Of a stretch of 64,000 nt of DNA, positions 27,547 to 37,408 are shown in pieces. This DNA comes from Candidatus Pampinifervens sinense (GTDB lineage: Bacteria > Aquificota > Aquificia > Aquificales > Aquificaceae): the NCBI GenBank assembly GCA_037927135.1, contig JAXSPP010000008.1, positions 1 to 64,000 on the forward strand, in the 5' to 3' direction. Each line of letters opens with the position of its first letter. Position 1 is the stretch's first letter. The notes under the pieces were generated by a model. It ran no database searches, was not told the DNA's origin, and was given only the letters and a program-made list of their open reading frames with translations. The position numbers and the translations under genes are program-made.

Positions 27547-28990
27547 GCTCGTAAACTTCCACTCTGTTTCTGCCAAGATTCTTTGCCTTGTATAAGGCCT
27601 CATCGGCCATCCTTATGAGGTCATCTATGTTCTCCACACCTGGACCATAAGAGGCCAGTCCACCGCTGAGGGTGGTCTTCACCTCCACTCCTCTATACAC
27701 AATAACGCTATTTTGAAAACACTGTCTTATCCTTTCTGCAACCACTTTGCCTTGATGAAGGTCTGTGTTTGGCATAAGAAGGGCAAACTCTTCACCACCC
27801 AGCCTTGCAGGAAGGTCCGACTTTCTGGAGTTTTTCTTCAGAACCTCTGCGAAGTTCTTTAAAAGTAGGTCTCCAGCCTCATGACCATAGGTGTCGTTTA
27901 TCTTCTTAAAGTGGTCAAGGTCCATAAGAAGGAGGGTAAGGGGAGTATTGTACCTTTTTGCACTCTCAAGGATAAGGTTGGCATGGTCAAAGAAAAACCT
28001 TCTGTTTGGAAGGCCTGTAAGGGGGTCATAGTAGGCCAACTCTTCAAGCTCCTTTTGCTTTTCTTTTAACTCCTCAAAGGCGTGTTTTAGACTTACAGCC
28101 ATGTTGTATATACTATGCTTGAGTTCCCAGACTTCATCCTTGGAACTTTCTTTAGAATTTTTAAGAAGGTCAATTACAGAAAAATCCCTTTTCTCTATGC
28201 TTGCGGTTATGTTCTTTAAAAAGATCACTCTGCTTGCCAAGCTTGAAGCTATCCTAAAGAGCATAAAGGCCAAGAAGGAGAAAACAAACAAAGAGTATAG
28301 AGCAAGCGCAAGGAATATTAGGTATGTTTCTTTATATATGCCAGATACATCTTTTATAAGCACTACCCTTCCTATAGGAAGGCCATTCATACCCGTAAGC
28401 GGAACCTCTACAAGAAGGCTTTTTTTAAGAAAACTACCATGAAGCATATAGCCCTTAACGTCAAGAGGCATGTAAAGAACTTTTGGGTTCGAAAACCTGT
28501 CAATAACCACATTATCTATAACAACCTTTTCCTTCATAAAACTGTCAATGGAGCCATCCAAAACATCCTTCAAAAGGTTTCTGTTGTAGTAGATTATCCA
28601 ATCCACATCCACGGAGTTTTTCATTAGTTTTAGAATATCCTCAAGCTTAATGCCTACAAAATAGCACCCATCGGGATAAAGCCTATTCATGCCATAATAA
28701 GGACCGGAAGGTAGTATTCTATAATAAGGTTCCTCATCACAGGAATTATCACGTAATTTTTCTTTGTAATAATAATCACCTCTCACAGCAGAATTTTCAT
28801 CAAGGAACCTTAGGTCTTCCTTCTCGTGGTTTACTATCTCCTTATAGTTCTTGTATATGAACTCATACGTTTCTCTAATCCTGCCCTCAATGAGCCGAGA
28901 GGATATAAAGTAAAGCAGGATGAAGGATATGATAAGGGTTAAAGACACAGAGAAAAGCAAGCTTAAGTATATCCTTTTTCTTATTGACAT
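27536..28990 (-). CDS. Membrane-bound diguanylate cyclase (2 TM, periplasmic sensor, HAMP-like, GGEEF)
   Basis: DPLTGLPNRR, DLDHFKKINDTYGH, RKSD I-site, GGEEF. Confidence 0.92.
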   Translation of the reverse strand: MSIRKRIYLSLLFSVSLTLIISFILLYFISSRLIEGRIRETYEFIYKNYKEIVNHEKEDLRFLDENSAVRGDYYYKEKLRDNSCDEEPYYRILPSGPYYGMNRLYPDGCYFVGIKLEDILKLMKNSVDVDWIIYYNRNLLKDVLDGSIDSFMKEKVVIDNVVIDRFSNPKVLYMPLDVKGYMLHGSFLKKSLLVEVPLTGMNGLPIGRVVLIKDVSGIYKETYLIFLALALYSLFVFSFLAFMLFRIASSLASRVIFLKNITASIEKRDFSVIDLLKNSKESSKDEVWELKHSIYNMAVSLKHAFEELKEKQKELEELAYYDPLTGLPNRRFFFDHANLILESAKRYNTPLTLLLMDLDHFKKINDTYGHEAGDLLLKNFAEVLKKNSRKSDLPARLGGEEFALLMPNTDLHQGKVVAERIRQCFQNSVIVYRGVEVKTTLSGGLASYGPGVENIDDLIRMADEALYKAKNLGRNRVEVYEPKI

Positions 28991-29943
28991 GTTTTTTCTA
29001 CCAGTTTTTCACAAAGCCTAAGGGCGCTCAAGGCTGAAGACTCATCCGCAAGACCTTTCCAGGCTATATCGTAGGCCACACCATGGTCTGGAGAGGTCCT
29101 TATAAAAGGTAGTCCGAGGGTAAGGTTTACACCCTCTTTGAAGGCAAGGAGCTTAAAAGGTATAAGGCCCTGATCGTGATACATACAAAGGAAAAGGTCA
29201 ATATCGTCCCTTAAGAAGGCGCTGTCTGGAGAAAGGGGCCCTTCCACCTTGTAGCCTTCAGCTTTTAGGGCTTCTACCGCGGGCGCTATCTCTTTTACAT
29301 CTTCTTCTCCTATGGTCCCCATATCCCCAGCATGGGGGTTGAGGCCCAGAATGCCTACGGTAGGATCCATATCAAAAAGCCTTTTAAATTCCCTTACTAT
29401 AAGCTTTACCTTTTTTATTATCTCTTGACTTTTTATTCTTCCTGGCACTTCCCTGAGAGGTATATGGGTGGTAAAAGGAACCACTTTAATCTTCTCTGAA
29501 TAAAGAAGCATAGCATATTCCTTTACATTACAGGCCTGGGCCAAAAACTCCGTTTGACCCTCAAAAGAAAAGCCAGCTAGCTTTGTCCAGAATTTGTTTA
29601 TGGGCATGGTAAGAAGGCCATGGATCTTCCTATAGACTGCATCCACCACAGCTCTTCCAAGATAGGCCACAGCCACCTTACCCGAGGTCAAAGAGGGCAT
29701 GGGCCTTTCTGTCTCGCTTATGTTTAGGTCCGCTATATAGACTCCAGGTGAGTCCACCTCCTCTATGGTATAAATATCCCTAAGCTCAAGGTCTATGCTA
29801 AGCTCCCTTTTTACAGCTTCTATTATCTTTTTCTCCCCATAGATGATATAAGCCTTCTTTGGGTCAAAGTGTCTAGATATCTTTAATATGAGTTCGGGCC
29901 CTACCCCCGCAGGATCTCCTATAGTTATACCTATTTTAAGCAT
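28981..29943 (-). CDS. pdxA: 4-hydroxythreonine-4-phosphate dehydrogenase
   Basis: GDPAGVGPE, GLNPHAG, MYHDQGLIP, IRTSPDHG. Confidence 0.95.
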   Translation of the reverse strand: MLKIGITIGDPAGVGPELILKISRHFDPKKAYIIYGEKKIIEAVKRELSIDLELRDIYTIEEVDSPGVYIADLNISETERPMPSLTSGKVAVAYLGRAVVDAVYRKIHGLLTMPINKFWTKLAGFSFEGQTEFLAQACNVKEYAMLLYSEKIKVVPFTTHIPLREVPGRIKSQEIIKKVKLIVREFKRLFDMDPTVGILGLNPHAGDMGTIGEEDVKEIAPAVEALKAEGYKVEGPLSPDSAFLRDDIDLFLCMYHDQGLIPFKLLAFKEGVNLTLGLPFIRTSPDHGVAYDIAWKGLADESSALSALRLCEKLVEKTCQ

Positions 29944-29970
29944 AGTTAAAATGATATAATAGAGTTGGTC

Positions 29971-30183
29971 ATGAGGGTGAGAGTTCTTATACTTCCCAAA
30001 AAAGGCCTTCTTGACCCAGAGGGTAGGGCTGTAAAGGAGATGCTACTGGATGAGGGCTTTCCTGTAAAGGATGTAAAAGTGGGCAAGGTGGTGGAGCTTG
30101 AATTGGAGAGGGAAACGGACATAAAGACCATGGTAGAGAAATATCTTATTAATCCTCTTGTGGAGGAATACATAGTAGAATGA
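29971..30183 (+). CDS. purS: FGAM synthase subunit PurS
   Basis: LLDPEGRAV, VKVGK, LINPLVE; overlaps purQ. Confidence 0.92.
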   Translation: MRVRVLILPKKGLLDPEGRAVKEMLLDEGFPVKDVKVGKVVELELERETDIKTMVEKYLINPLVEEYIVE

Positions 30184-30860
30184 AGTTTGCAGTCTGCGTT
30201 TTTCCAGGGTCTAACTGTGATTATGATACATACTATGTGATAAGAGATCTTCTTGGACAAGAGGTAAGCTTTGTAGATTACACCACAAAGGACTTAAAAG
30301 GCTTTGACTGTGTGGTAATCCCAGGAGGTTTTTCCTTTGGAGACTACCTTAGGGCTGGTGTGCTTGCCAGCAAAACTCCTCTTGGGAAAGCTATAGTAGA
30401 TTTTGCCCAGAAAGGCGGTCTTGTTCTTGGCATATGCAACGGCTTTCAGATACTTACTGAGCTAAAGCTTTTGCCTGGAGCCCTTTTAAAGAATGAGAAT
30501 ATGCGGTTTGTATGCAAGGATGTATACCTTAGGGTGGAAAACAACAGGATAGCTTTTACCAAAAGGTTTGAGAGGGGAGAGGTCATAAGGATGCCCATAG
30601 CTCATGGTGAAGGAAGGTACTATCTTCCAGAAGAAGAGCTAAGAAAGATAGAAGAGAATGGTCAGGTAGTCTTGAGGTACTGTGATGAGGATGGAAATAT
30701 TACGCCTCAAGCCAATCCTAATGGATCGGTAAACAATATAGCTGGTGTGTGCAACAAAGAAGGGAACGTTTTCGGTCTTATGCCCCATCCCGAGAGGGCA
30801 TGTGAAGATATATTAGGCTACAGGGATGGCATAATCTTGTGGCATTCCCTCCTTGCCTAA
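30180..30860 (+). CDS. purQ: FGAM synthase glutaminase subunit PurQ
   Basis: FPGSNCD, PGGFSFGDYLRAG, GICNGFQ, MPHPER. Confidence 0.97.
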   Translation: MKFAVCVFPGSNCDYDTYYVIRDLLGQEVSFVDYTTKDLKGFDCVVIPGGFSFGDYLRAGVLASKTPLGKAIVDFAQKGGLVLGICNGFQILTELKLLPGALLKNENMRFVCKDVYLRVENNRIAFTKRFERGEVIRMPIAHGEGRYYLPEEELRKIEENGQVVLRYCDEDGNITPQANPNGSVNNIAGVCNKEGNVFGLMPHPERACEDILGYRDGIILWHSLLA

Positions 30861-30881
30861 AATAGGTATAATAGAAAATGG

Positions 30882-31703
30882 ATGATTTTGGTTCTACTCT
30901 TACTTATTATAAGCCTCGCTTCCGGTAAAGTTGTAGCGCGTATAAACAAAGAAGTTATAACCCTACAAGAGGCAAGAGAAGCCTTCAATGCCTATTGGAG
31001 AGAGATACTTCATCTACCTATTGCAAGGGCTAGCTCTAGAGATTTTCAGGAGTTTTTAGTGGAGTATGTAAGAAGCAGGATAATAAGGATGGAAGCAGAA
31101 AGGATGGGGCTTTTTGTATCGGAGAGGGAGTTTGAAGATTATGTAGAAAGGAATGTAGGAAGTAAAAGGCTAAGCCCCATAGCGAAGGAGTTTCTATACA
31201 CGGAAATTCTCAGCCAGAAGATAGTAGATAGGATAGGGGGTAATTTGGATATAAAGGAGGGTCAAATAACAGCATACTACTACCTTAACCTAAGGGACTT
31301 TAAGTTGCCAGCGCAGGTTTTGCTAGAGAGGTACTCTGTTGGGAATCTTGATAAGGCAAATGAAGTTTATTATAGGCTCAGCAATGGCCTTCCCGTAAGG
31401 GAAGACAGGGATATAAAGATCGGTCAGCCCATGTGGTATTCTATACAGACCTTGCCGGAGATAGTAAAAAGACAGCTCTATCCCTATGAAGTTGGTAAAA
31501 CTACAAGGCCCATAGAGGTGGGTGGTGCGTATGTTATCTTTAGAGTGGCAGACAGAAGAGGAAGCGGTATAATACCTTTGGAAGAGGTCAAGCCTATAGT
31601 GAGGGAAAAGCTACTCAGAGAAAGAAGACAGGAGGTATTTCAAAGATGGTTCAGGGAGGCTTTAAAAAAGTACTCTGTGGAGTTTTACTTTGGACAGCTT
31701 TAA
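30882..31703 (+). CDS. SurA/PrsA-like periplasmic chaperone with degenerate parvulin domain
   Basis: Signal peptide, VVARINKEVIT, G.TTRPIE, PLEEVKPIVREKL. Confidence 0.7.
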   Translation: MILVLLLLIISLASGKVVARINKEVITLQEAREAFNAYWREILHLPIARASSRDFQEFLVEYVRSRIIRMEAERMGLFVSEREFEDYVERNVGSKRLSPIAKEFLYTEILSQKIVDRIGGNLDIKEGQITAYYYLNLRDFKLPAQVLLERYSVGNLDKANEVYYRLSNGLPVREDRDIKIGQPMWYSIQTLPEIVKRQLYPYEVGKTTRPIEVGGAYVIFRVADRRGSGIIPLEEVKPIVREKLLRERRQEVFQRWFREALKKYSVEFYFGQL

Positions 31704-32482
31704 GCTTTCCAGCAGTGCTTGTGGATAGAGTGGTTGCTTCTGTAAACTCGGAACCCATACTGGAGAGCGATGTAAAGATGGGCATGCTTTTCTACGAAGG
31801 GCTTACAAGAAGGCAGGTCCTTGAAAAACTTGTAGAGGATATGCTTTTCTACCAGTATCTTATAGGAAAGGGTCTTCAAGTGCCACAGGGTATGGTGGAT
31901 GAGGTTCTTCAAAATATAGCCAAAGCTAACAGGATGGACCTTGAAGGATTGGCAAGGGAGCTTGCAAAGGAAGGCCTTAGCCTTCAAGATCTAAGAAGGT
32001 TCTTAGAAAAGGAGCTTTTGGTTACACAGGGCCTTATAGCCTTTTTGGGGAAAGATATAAGGGTTTCAGATGTGGAGATTCAAACTGAAAGGCTAAAGAG
32101 GGGTGATGTAAAGGAGATAAGAGAGATAGAACTTCTTGTGCTAGATAAAAGTAAGGGAGATAAACTGGTGGAGGTATTTAAACCATCCAAACCTCTTGAA
32201 GCTTTGGCAAAAGAGCTGGGTGTTAATTTGGAAAGATTAAGGGTGGCAAGGGGAGAGCTGGTGGAAAGCCTTGATAGAGAGGTTTGGAAGGCAAAGGTTG
32301 GTCAAGTGGTTTTGGCCGAAGACAAGGAACATATCTATATAGCAAAGGTTTTATCCGAGGATAAAGGTGGAGTGGATGATGAAAGCATTAGGCAAGAGAT
32401 AATGATGAGAAAGATAGAACAAAAAAGGCAAGAACTGCTTGAAAGGTTAAGGAGAAACAGTTTTATAAAGGTACTCCAATAG
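31646..32482 (+). CDS. surA: SurA N-terminal domain chaperone
   Basis: VDRVVASVNSEPILESDV, IAKANRM, LLERLRRNSFIK. Confidence 0.65.
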   Translation: MVQGGFKKVLCGVLLWTALSFPAVLVDRVVASVNSEPILESDVKMGMLFYEGLTRRQVLEKLVEDMLFYQYLIGKGLQVPQGMVDEVLQNIAKANRMDLEGLARELAKEGLSLQDLRRFLEKELLVTQGLIAFLGKDIRVSDVEIQTERLKRGDVKEIREIELLVLDKSKGDKLVEVFKPSKPLEALAKELGVNLERLRVARGELVESLDREVWKAKVGQVVLAEDKEHIYIAKVLSEDKGGVDDESIRQEIMMRKIEQKRQELLERLRRNSFIKVLQ

Positions 32483-33244
32483 GCTTGATAAGCTGTTGAA
32501 CATAAAATCTGGGGTAAAATTGGCCTTTTTTAGCTCCTCTTCTTTGTACTTTCCAGTGGTCATAAAGACCGTCCTTATACCCAAATCCTTTGCGCCCATG
32601 AGGTCTGTGTATATATCATCGCTCACAAGCCACACTTCCTCTCCTTCCAAACCCTTTAAGGCATGATCTATAAACTCCTTTGAAGGTTTTCCTAAGTTTG
32701 GTATGTCCCCTTTGTAATTACAAGCATGGGCTATGCATAGAGCTAAAGATCCTGCACCTGGAAAGTATAGTCCATCATCATCCTTGACTATCCTACTTAG
32801 GTTTACAGGGATTATTTGGGCTCCGTTTAAGAAAACGGCGGATGTGGCCAGCTTTAACTTCCTAAAGTCTATATTCCTGTCTTGACCTATAACAACCGCT
32901 TCCACTCTATGATCTTCCACCACTTCAAAGCCAAGCTCTGAAAGGTAATCTTTGACCGCAGGCATTCCTATAAAGAACACCCTCTTTACCCCTGCCTCTT
33001 TTAAGTAATCACCTAGTATGGAAAGGGGTGATATAAACTCATCCTCCCTTAGCTCTATTCCCTTTTCTTTTAGCTCTTCCAATATCCTTTTGGGTGGCCT
33101 TGTGGAGTTGTTGGAAACTACCCTAAAGGGTATACCTAACCTTCTTATACCTTCCAAAAAGTTATGTGAATCTGTAAATGGGTTCAAAGCCTTATCCTTT
33201 ACCAAAACACCATCAAGGTCAAGAAGTAATACCAACCTTCTCAT
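32447..33244 (-). CDS. HAD-IIA hydrolase (NagD-like)
   Basis: DLDGVL, SNNSTR, GKPS, SDDIYTDL. Confidence 0.9.
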   Translation of the reverse strand: MRRLVLLLDLDGVLVKDKALNPFTDSHNFLEGIRRLGIPFRVVSNNSTRPPKRILEELKEKGIELREDEFISPLSILGDYLKEAGVKRVFFIGMPAVKDYLSELGFEVVEDHRVEAVVIGQDRNIDFRKLKLATSAVFLNGAQIIPVNLSRIVKDDDGLYFPGAGSLALCIAHACNYKGDIPNLGKPSKEFIDHALKGLEGEEVWLVSDDIYTDLMGAKDLGIRTVFMTTGKYKEEELKKANFTPDFMFNSLSSLLEYLYKTVSP

Positions 33245-33483
33245 TGCTTAAAAGGTATGCTTATCCATAGCTCATCAAATCCCTCCCTTTCCCTTCTTAT
33301 ATCCACCTCAATCTTATCCACTTCAAACTGTGGATATTTGGAAAAGACAAAGATTAAATCATCCTTAAGACGATCTACAAAGTTCGGTGGAAGTCCTTTC
33401 CTTTCATAGGAGAGGACCAAAGTAAGCCTCTTTTTAGCCTCCTCCTTACTTTTACCCTTATTAAAAAGGAAGTCCAATATCAT
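33241..33483 (-). CDS. minE: Cell division topological specificity factor MinE
   Basis: SKEEAKKRLTLVLSYER, follows minD. Confidence 0.92.
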   Translation of the reverse strand: MILDFLFNKGKSKEEAKKRLTLVLSYERKGLPPNFVDRLKDDLIFVFSKYPQFEVDKIEVDIRREREGFDELWISIPFKQ

Positions 33484-33485
33484 GT

Positions 33486-34274
33486 CTATTTCCCCAAAAG
33501 CCTTTCAAGCAAGCTCTTTTTCTCACCATACTTTACCATAGGAACTTTTTCACCATCAATCCTTCTTGCCATATCCATTATAGCCTTTGAAGCGTTGTAT
33601 TCACTAAATAGCACTATAGGCTCACCCCTGTTGGTAAAGTCTATAAGCTTTGGCTCCTCTGGTACTATGCCTATCGGCTCTACTTTTAGTATGTCCACTA
33701 TATCTTCCACCGAAAGCATCTCCCCCTTCTTCACACTTTCCCACTTTATCCTGTTTATAACAAGATAGTATTCCTTTTTGCCCATATTTTCCAAAAGTCC
33801 TATCACTCTGTCCGCATCTCTAATAGAAGAAACCTCTGGGTTTACTACCACAAGCGCCACATCTGCAGGTAAAGAGGCTATCTGAAATCCTCTTTCAATA
33901 CCCGCTGGAGAATCTATAAATATGTAATCATATTCATTTGATTCCTTTATTGTGTTTATAAGCTCCACCCACCTATCCTTGTCTATAGCATCCTTGTTTT
34001 TCGTTTGGTTTGCTGGAAGTAGCCAAAGGCTAAGGCCCCTTTTGTCCCTGACTAAAGCCTTCCGAAAATCCACCCTGCCTTCCAAAACATCTAACACATC
34101 ATAAACAATACGGTTTTCAAGACCCAATATCATATCAAGGTTTCTAAGACCTATGTCCGCATCTATCGCCAATACCTTCCTTCCAAGGCTAGCTAGAGCT
34201 ACGCTTAAGTTGGCAGTTATTGTTGTTTTGCCTACACCTCCTTTTCCAGATGTAACCACAAACACTCTACCCAT
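33486..34274 (-). CDS. minD: Septum site-determining ATPase MinD
   Basis: SGKGGVGKTT, DIGLRNLD, DSPAGIE, SIRDADR. Confidence 0.97.
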   Translation of the reverse strand: MGRVFVVTSGKGGVGKTTITANLSVALASLGRKVLAIDADIGLRNLDMILGLENRIVYDVLDVLEGRVDFRKALVRDKRGLSLWLLPANQTKNKDAIDKDRWVELINTIKESNEYDYIFIDSPAGIERGFQIASLPADVALVVVNPEVSSIRDADRVIGLLENMGKKEYYLVINRIKWESVKKGEMLSVEDIVDILKVEPIGIVPEEPKLIDFTNRGEPIVLFSEYNASKAIMDMARRIDGEKVPMVKYGEKKSLLERLLGK

Positions 34275-34835
34275 CTATACCCTCTCAAGTATTATATTAC
34301 CATCTTCTACCTTTGCAACTTCTGGATAACCAGGGGACTTTCTTTCCTTTTCATCCATTATAGCTACTTTTCTACCTATCCTTATCTGCTGTGGTTCCAT
34401 CTCAAGGGCGACCACTACGGCGCTTTCATCACCCAAGGCACCAGCTATGGCAATACCTCTAAGCTTTCCCATAACTATGATGTTTCCCGTTGCTATCACT
34501 TGCGCATCCTTGTTTACGTCCCCTAGGACTAAAATATCTCCATTGTGCTCCACCCTCTGACCGGACCGGAGGTGTTTTTGGATTATCAAAAGCCTTCCTC
34601 TCTTTGAATCTTCAATACTGGTTAGCCTTTTTACACTTTTGGTTGTAAGTATCTCTTCTATCTTTTCAACCTCTTCCTTACTTAGAAGTCCTTTGCTATC
34701 TATAAGCACATAACTCCCTTCAAAAAGCTTAGGAGAGATCCTTTTTCTTATCTCTTCTGCTATGGTATGAATATCACCTTTCTCCTTTATCTCCACTAAT
34801 AAAACTGGAAGTGTAACGCCTTTAATCTCTATCAT
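34275..34835 (-). CDS. minC: Septum site-determining protein MinC
   Basis: MIEIKG start, LRSGQ, GDVN, GKLRGIAIAGALG; the longer ORF start lies inside the tRNA. Confidence 0.92.
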   Translation of the reverse strand: MIEIKGVTLPVLLVEIKEKGDIHTIAEEIRKRISPKLFEGSYVLIDSKGLLSKEEVEKIEEILTTKSVKRLTSIEDSKRGRLLIIQKHLRSGQRVEHNGDILVLGDVNKDAQVIATGNIIVMGKLRGIAIAGALGDESAVVVALEMEPQQIRIGRKVAIMDEKERKSPGYPEVAKVEDGNIILERV

Positions 34836-34841
34836 GTCCTT

Positions 34842-34917
34842 TGGCTCCGGGGGAGGGACTCGAACCCCCAACCAGAGGCTTAACAGGCCCCCGCTCTGCC
34901 GGTTGAGCTACCCCGGA
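34842..34917 (-). tRNA. tRNA-Asn(GTT), CCA encoded
   Basis: TCCGGGGTAGCTCAACCGGCAGAGCG-GGGGC-CTGTTAA-GCCTC-TGGTTGGGGGTTCGAGTCCCTCCCCCGGAGCCA. Confidence 0.95.
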
Positions 34918-34971
34918 TTACATAATATATTATACATCCTTCCTTTTAGGAAGTATACTTTTAATTATAAA

Positions 34972-36117
34972 GTGCTGAGACATTGGGATGGATGGATAAT
35001 TTTTAGCGTCTTTGCCCTTTTTACTATAGGGGAGAGTGTCATAATAAGCATAAACTTAGTTCCCTATCTTATGGACTCTTATGTCAATTTATCGTTGTAC
35101 AAAAAGCCTCTTGTCCAGCTTTTGACCTTTTTTATTGGTTTTACCTTTGCGGACCTTTTAGCAAGGCTAGACTACAGAACTTTTATGAAAAGGTCTATTC
35201 CTTATGTGCTTATCTTACTCACCATTGGAAGCCTTCTGGCTGTTATTGTAAAAAAGGTTTTTACCAGTAGATCTGTTGATCGTTGGCTTTGGGGTACCAG
35301 TATACAACCTTTGGAGTTTGCCAAAATAAGCCTTGTCATCTTTTTGGCCTATTACATAGTTAAGAAAGGAAGTCTAAGACGATGGAAGCACCTTATGTGG
35401 GCGCTTTTTTTCCCTATTTTTATAGCCTTTCTACTGCTTTTGCAACCGGACAAGGGTGGGGCCGTTTTTATTCTGCTTTTGACAGCCTTGATGGTCTATG
35501 TAGGTGGTGTTCCAAAAAGGGTATATTTCATAGTTTTTCTATTTATGTTCCTTTTCATATACTACATTCTCACGTCAAAGGGTTATGTGGCGGAGAGGAT
35601 CTCCGCATGGAAGGATCCCTTTCTTGATCCTGAGGACAGTGGATACCAGATCATACAGTCCCTTTATGCCCTTGCAAGGGGTGGCCTAATGGGTGTGGGT
35701 ATAGGTCAGGGTCTTCAAAAGATGGGTTCCTTGCCCGCATCTGATACAGATTACGTTATAGCCGTGATAGGTGAGGAGATGGGATTTTTGGGTATTCTCA
35801 TGGTTATTGTCCTTTACTGTCTTCTCATAGGTAGGCTGATCTGGCATTCTCTAAAGGCTTCAGATCCTATGGAAAAGCTCCTTTTGTTTGGTATAGCTCT
35901 GAACTTTGCCCTCTCCTTTTTGTGGAATATGGCCATGGTTTCCAACCTCATACCACCCAAAGGCATAGCCCTACCCTTTGTAAGCTATGGAGCATCCAAC
36001 CTCTTGGCCTCCCTTCTCTTTTTAGGCATAGCCCAGTCGGTTATAAACCATCAAGAGAGAACAAGCTCAAGCTTTTCAAGCACCTCTTCTACACTAACTT
36101 TGTTTAAGCATGCCTGA
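34972..36117 (+). CDS. ftsW: SEDS protein FtsW
   Basis: IQPLEFAK, QPDKG, GYQIIQSL, GVGIGQG.QK, TDYV, PPKGIALPFVSYG; probable GTG start. Confidence 0.85.
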   Translation: MLRHWDGWIIFSVFALFTIGESVIISINLVPYLMDSYVNLSLYKKPLVQLLTFFIGFTFADLLARLDYRTFMKRSIPYVLILLTIGSLLAVIVKKVFTSRSVDRWLWGTSIQPLEFAKISLVIFLAYYIVKKGSLRRWKHLMWALFFPIFIAFLLLLQPDKGGAVFILLLTALMVYVGGVPKRVYFIVFLFMFLFIYYILTSKGYVAERISAWKDPFLDPEDSGYQIIQSLYALARGGLMGVGIGQGLQKMGSLPASDTDYVIAVIGEEMGFLGILMVIVLYCLLIGRLIWHSLKASDPMEKLLLFGIALNFALSFLWNMAMVSNLIPPKGIALPFVSYGASNLLASLLFLGIAQSVINHQERTSSSFSSTSSTLTLFKHA

Positions 36118-36983
36118 GTGCCTGTTTTGCACCTTTTTGGGTTTGGCGAGCAGGGGGAGCACCAGAGGTCTGGCTTAAGGTAATAGCCCTTTAGAGGATA
36201 AAAGCCATAATCTGGTGATGTGGCAGTGTATATGCTTATGGCTGGCACACCAAGGGCATTGGCTATATGCACTGGTGCAGAATCGCAGGATATTACAACC
36301 TTTGAGAGACTTATGACGGCCATAAGCTCCCTCAAGTTAGTTTTTCCCACAAGGTTTATAACTGGGCTATCTTTGAAAGCCTCAGCTCTTTCCCTTCCTA
36401 TCACCACCACAGGAAGCCTTATCCTTTTGACAAGCTCAAGCCAGTTTTCCAGCTTCCACTCCTTTAGTGGAAAGTTAGAAAAGGGGGAGATTACCACAAA
36501 CTCTTTTGGGAGATCGAACTTCTCAACAGCTTTTCTTTTTTCCTCCTCTTCTACCATCAAAGTAGGAAGCCTTTCAAAGCTCTTTATACCAAGGGGCTTT
36601 AAAAGCTCTAAGTTTCTGTCCACTTCGTGCATGTCCCATCGGTGTTTTATCCTATGAGTGTATAGCCAAGAGAGCTCCGACCTGTCAAAGCCAATTCTGA
36701 TAGGTATGCCGGAGAAAAAGAGGATGAGGGCTGTCCTTGCGGATATATGTGGGCTTATGGCCACATGGTAGTCTTTTATTTTTTCCAGCATTTCAAAGCT
36801 CTCTTTTAAGCCCTTATCAAAGGGAATTAGCTCTATATCAAAGCCCTTTAGAAGTTCTTTTATAAAGCTTCTGCCTACAAAGGCTATATGCGCCTTTGGA
36901 AAATTCTTTTTGAGACTCTTTATTAGGGGGGTGGCAAGGACCACATCCCCCAGGTAGGCTGTCTGCCAAAGAAGTATCCTCAT
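36051..36983 (-). CDS. GT9 LPS heptosyltransferase (WaaF-like)
   Basis: TAYLGDVVLATP, KEW, DSAPVHIANALGVP, CSPC. Confidence 0.88.
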   Translation of the reverse strand: MRILLWQTAYLGDVVLATPLIKSLKKNFPKAHIAFVGRSFIKELLKGFDIELIPFDKGLKESFEMLEKIKDYHVAISPHISARTALILFFSGIPIRIGFDRSELSWLYTHRIKHRWDMHEVDRNLELLKPLGIKSFERLPTLMVEEEEKRKAVEKFDLPKEFVVISPFSNFPLKEWKLENWLELVKRIRLPVVVIGRERAEAFKDSPVINLVGKTNLRELMAVISLSKVVISCDSAPVHIANALGVPAISIYTATSPDYGFYPLKGYYLKPDLWCSPCSPNPKRCKTGTQACLNKVSVEEVLEKLELVLS

Positions 36984-37408
36984 TTAATTCCCGATATGCT
37001 GGCTATCTTCCACTTTTTCTCGTCCTTTATCACTATAAAGCTAAAGATCTTTTCCACACCTTGCTTGTCTATTATCTTTACCACCACCTCCACATGCTTG
37101 TCATCTATCTTGCTTGCATCAAGCACCTTTACCTTCTTTATGTTCTCACCCATGGAAGAAAGCACGCAGGCCAGGACTTCCGATGGCTTCATCTCCGTTA
37201 GTTGTACTGGAACTTTCAGCTCTTGAGCCAATGCGTCTCTGAAGGGTGGATACAGAAGCTTTACTGCCTCTTTTCCTTCTCCATCCCTTACCTCTTCAAT
37301 AAAGTCTTTTACCGTATCTCTGGCAGACTCCTCCGGCTTTTCGCCGCAGGCCCTGAAGACAAAAAAGACCAAAAGGACAGCTCCTAAGATAAGAACAATC
37401 CTTTTCAT
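36980..37408 (-). CDS. Hypothetical exported/lipoprotein (NTF2-like, DUF4878-like)
   Basis: Signal with RAC, PEESARDTVKDF, C-terminal KKWKI. Confidence 0.6.
   Translation of the reverse strand: MKRIVLILGAVLLVFFVFRACGEKPEESARDTVKDFIEEVRDGEGKEAVKLLYPPFRDALAQELKVPVQLTEMKPSEVLACVLSSMGENIKKVKVLDASKIDDKHVEVVVKIIDKQGVEKIFSFIVIKDEKKWKIASISGIK

Noticed and set aside
34834-34971. N-terminal extensions of the ftsW and minC ORFs
   Set aside because: They run through tRNA-Asn; more plausible starts are GTG 34972 and ATG 34835
36051-36117. Long overlaps (ftsW/GT9 3' ends; holA/hisB 51449-51513) as overprinted functional elements
   Set aside because: The overlapping tails look like unconserved run-on extensions, common in compact genomes
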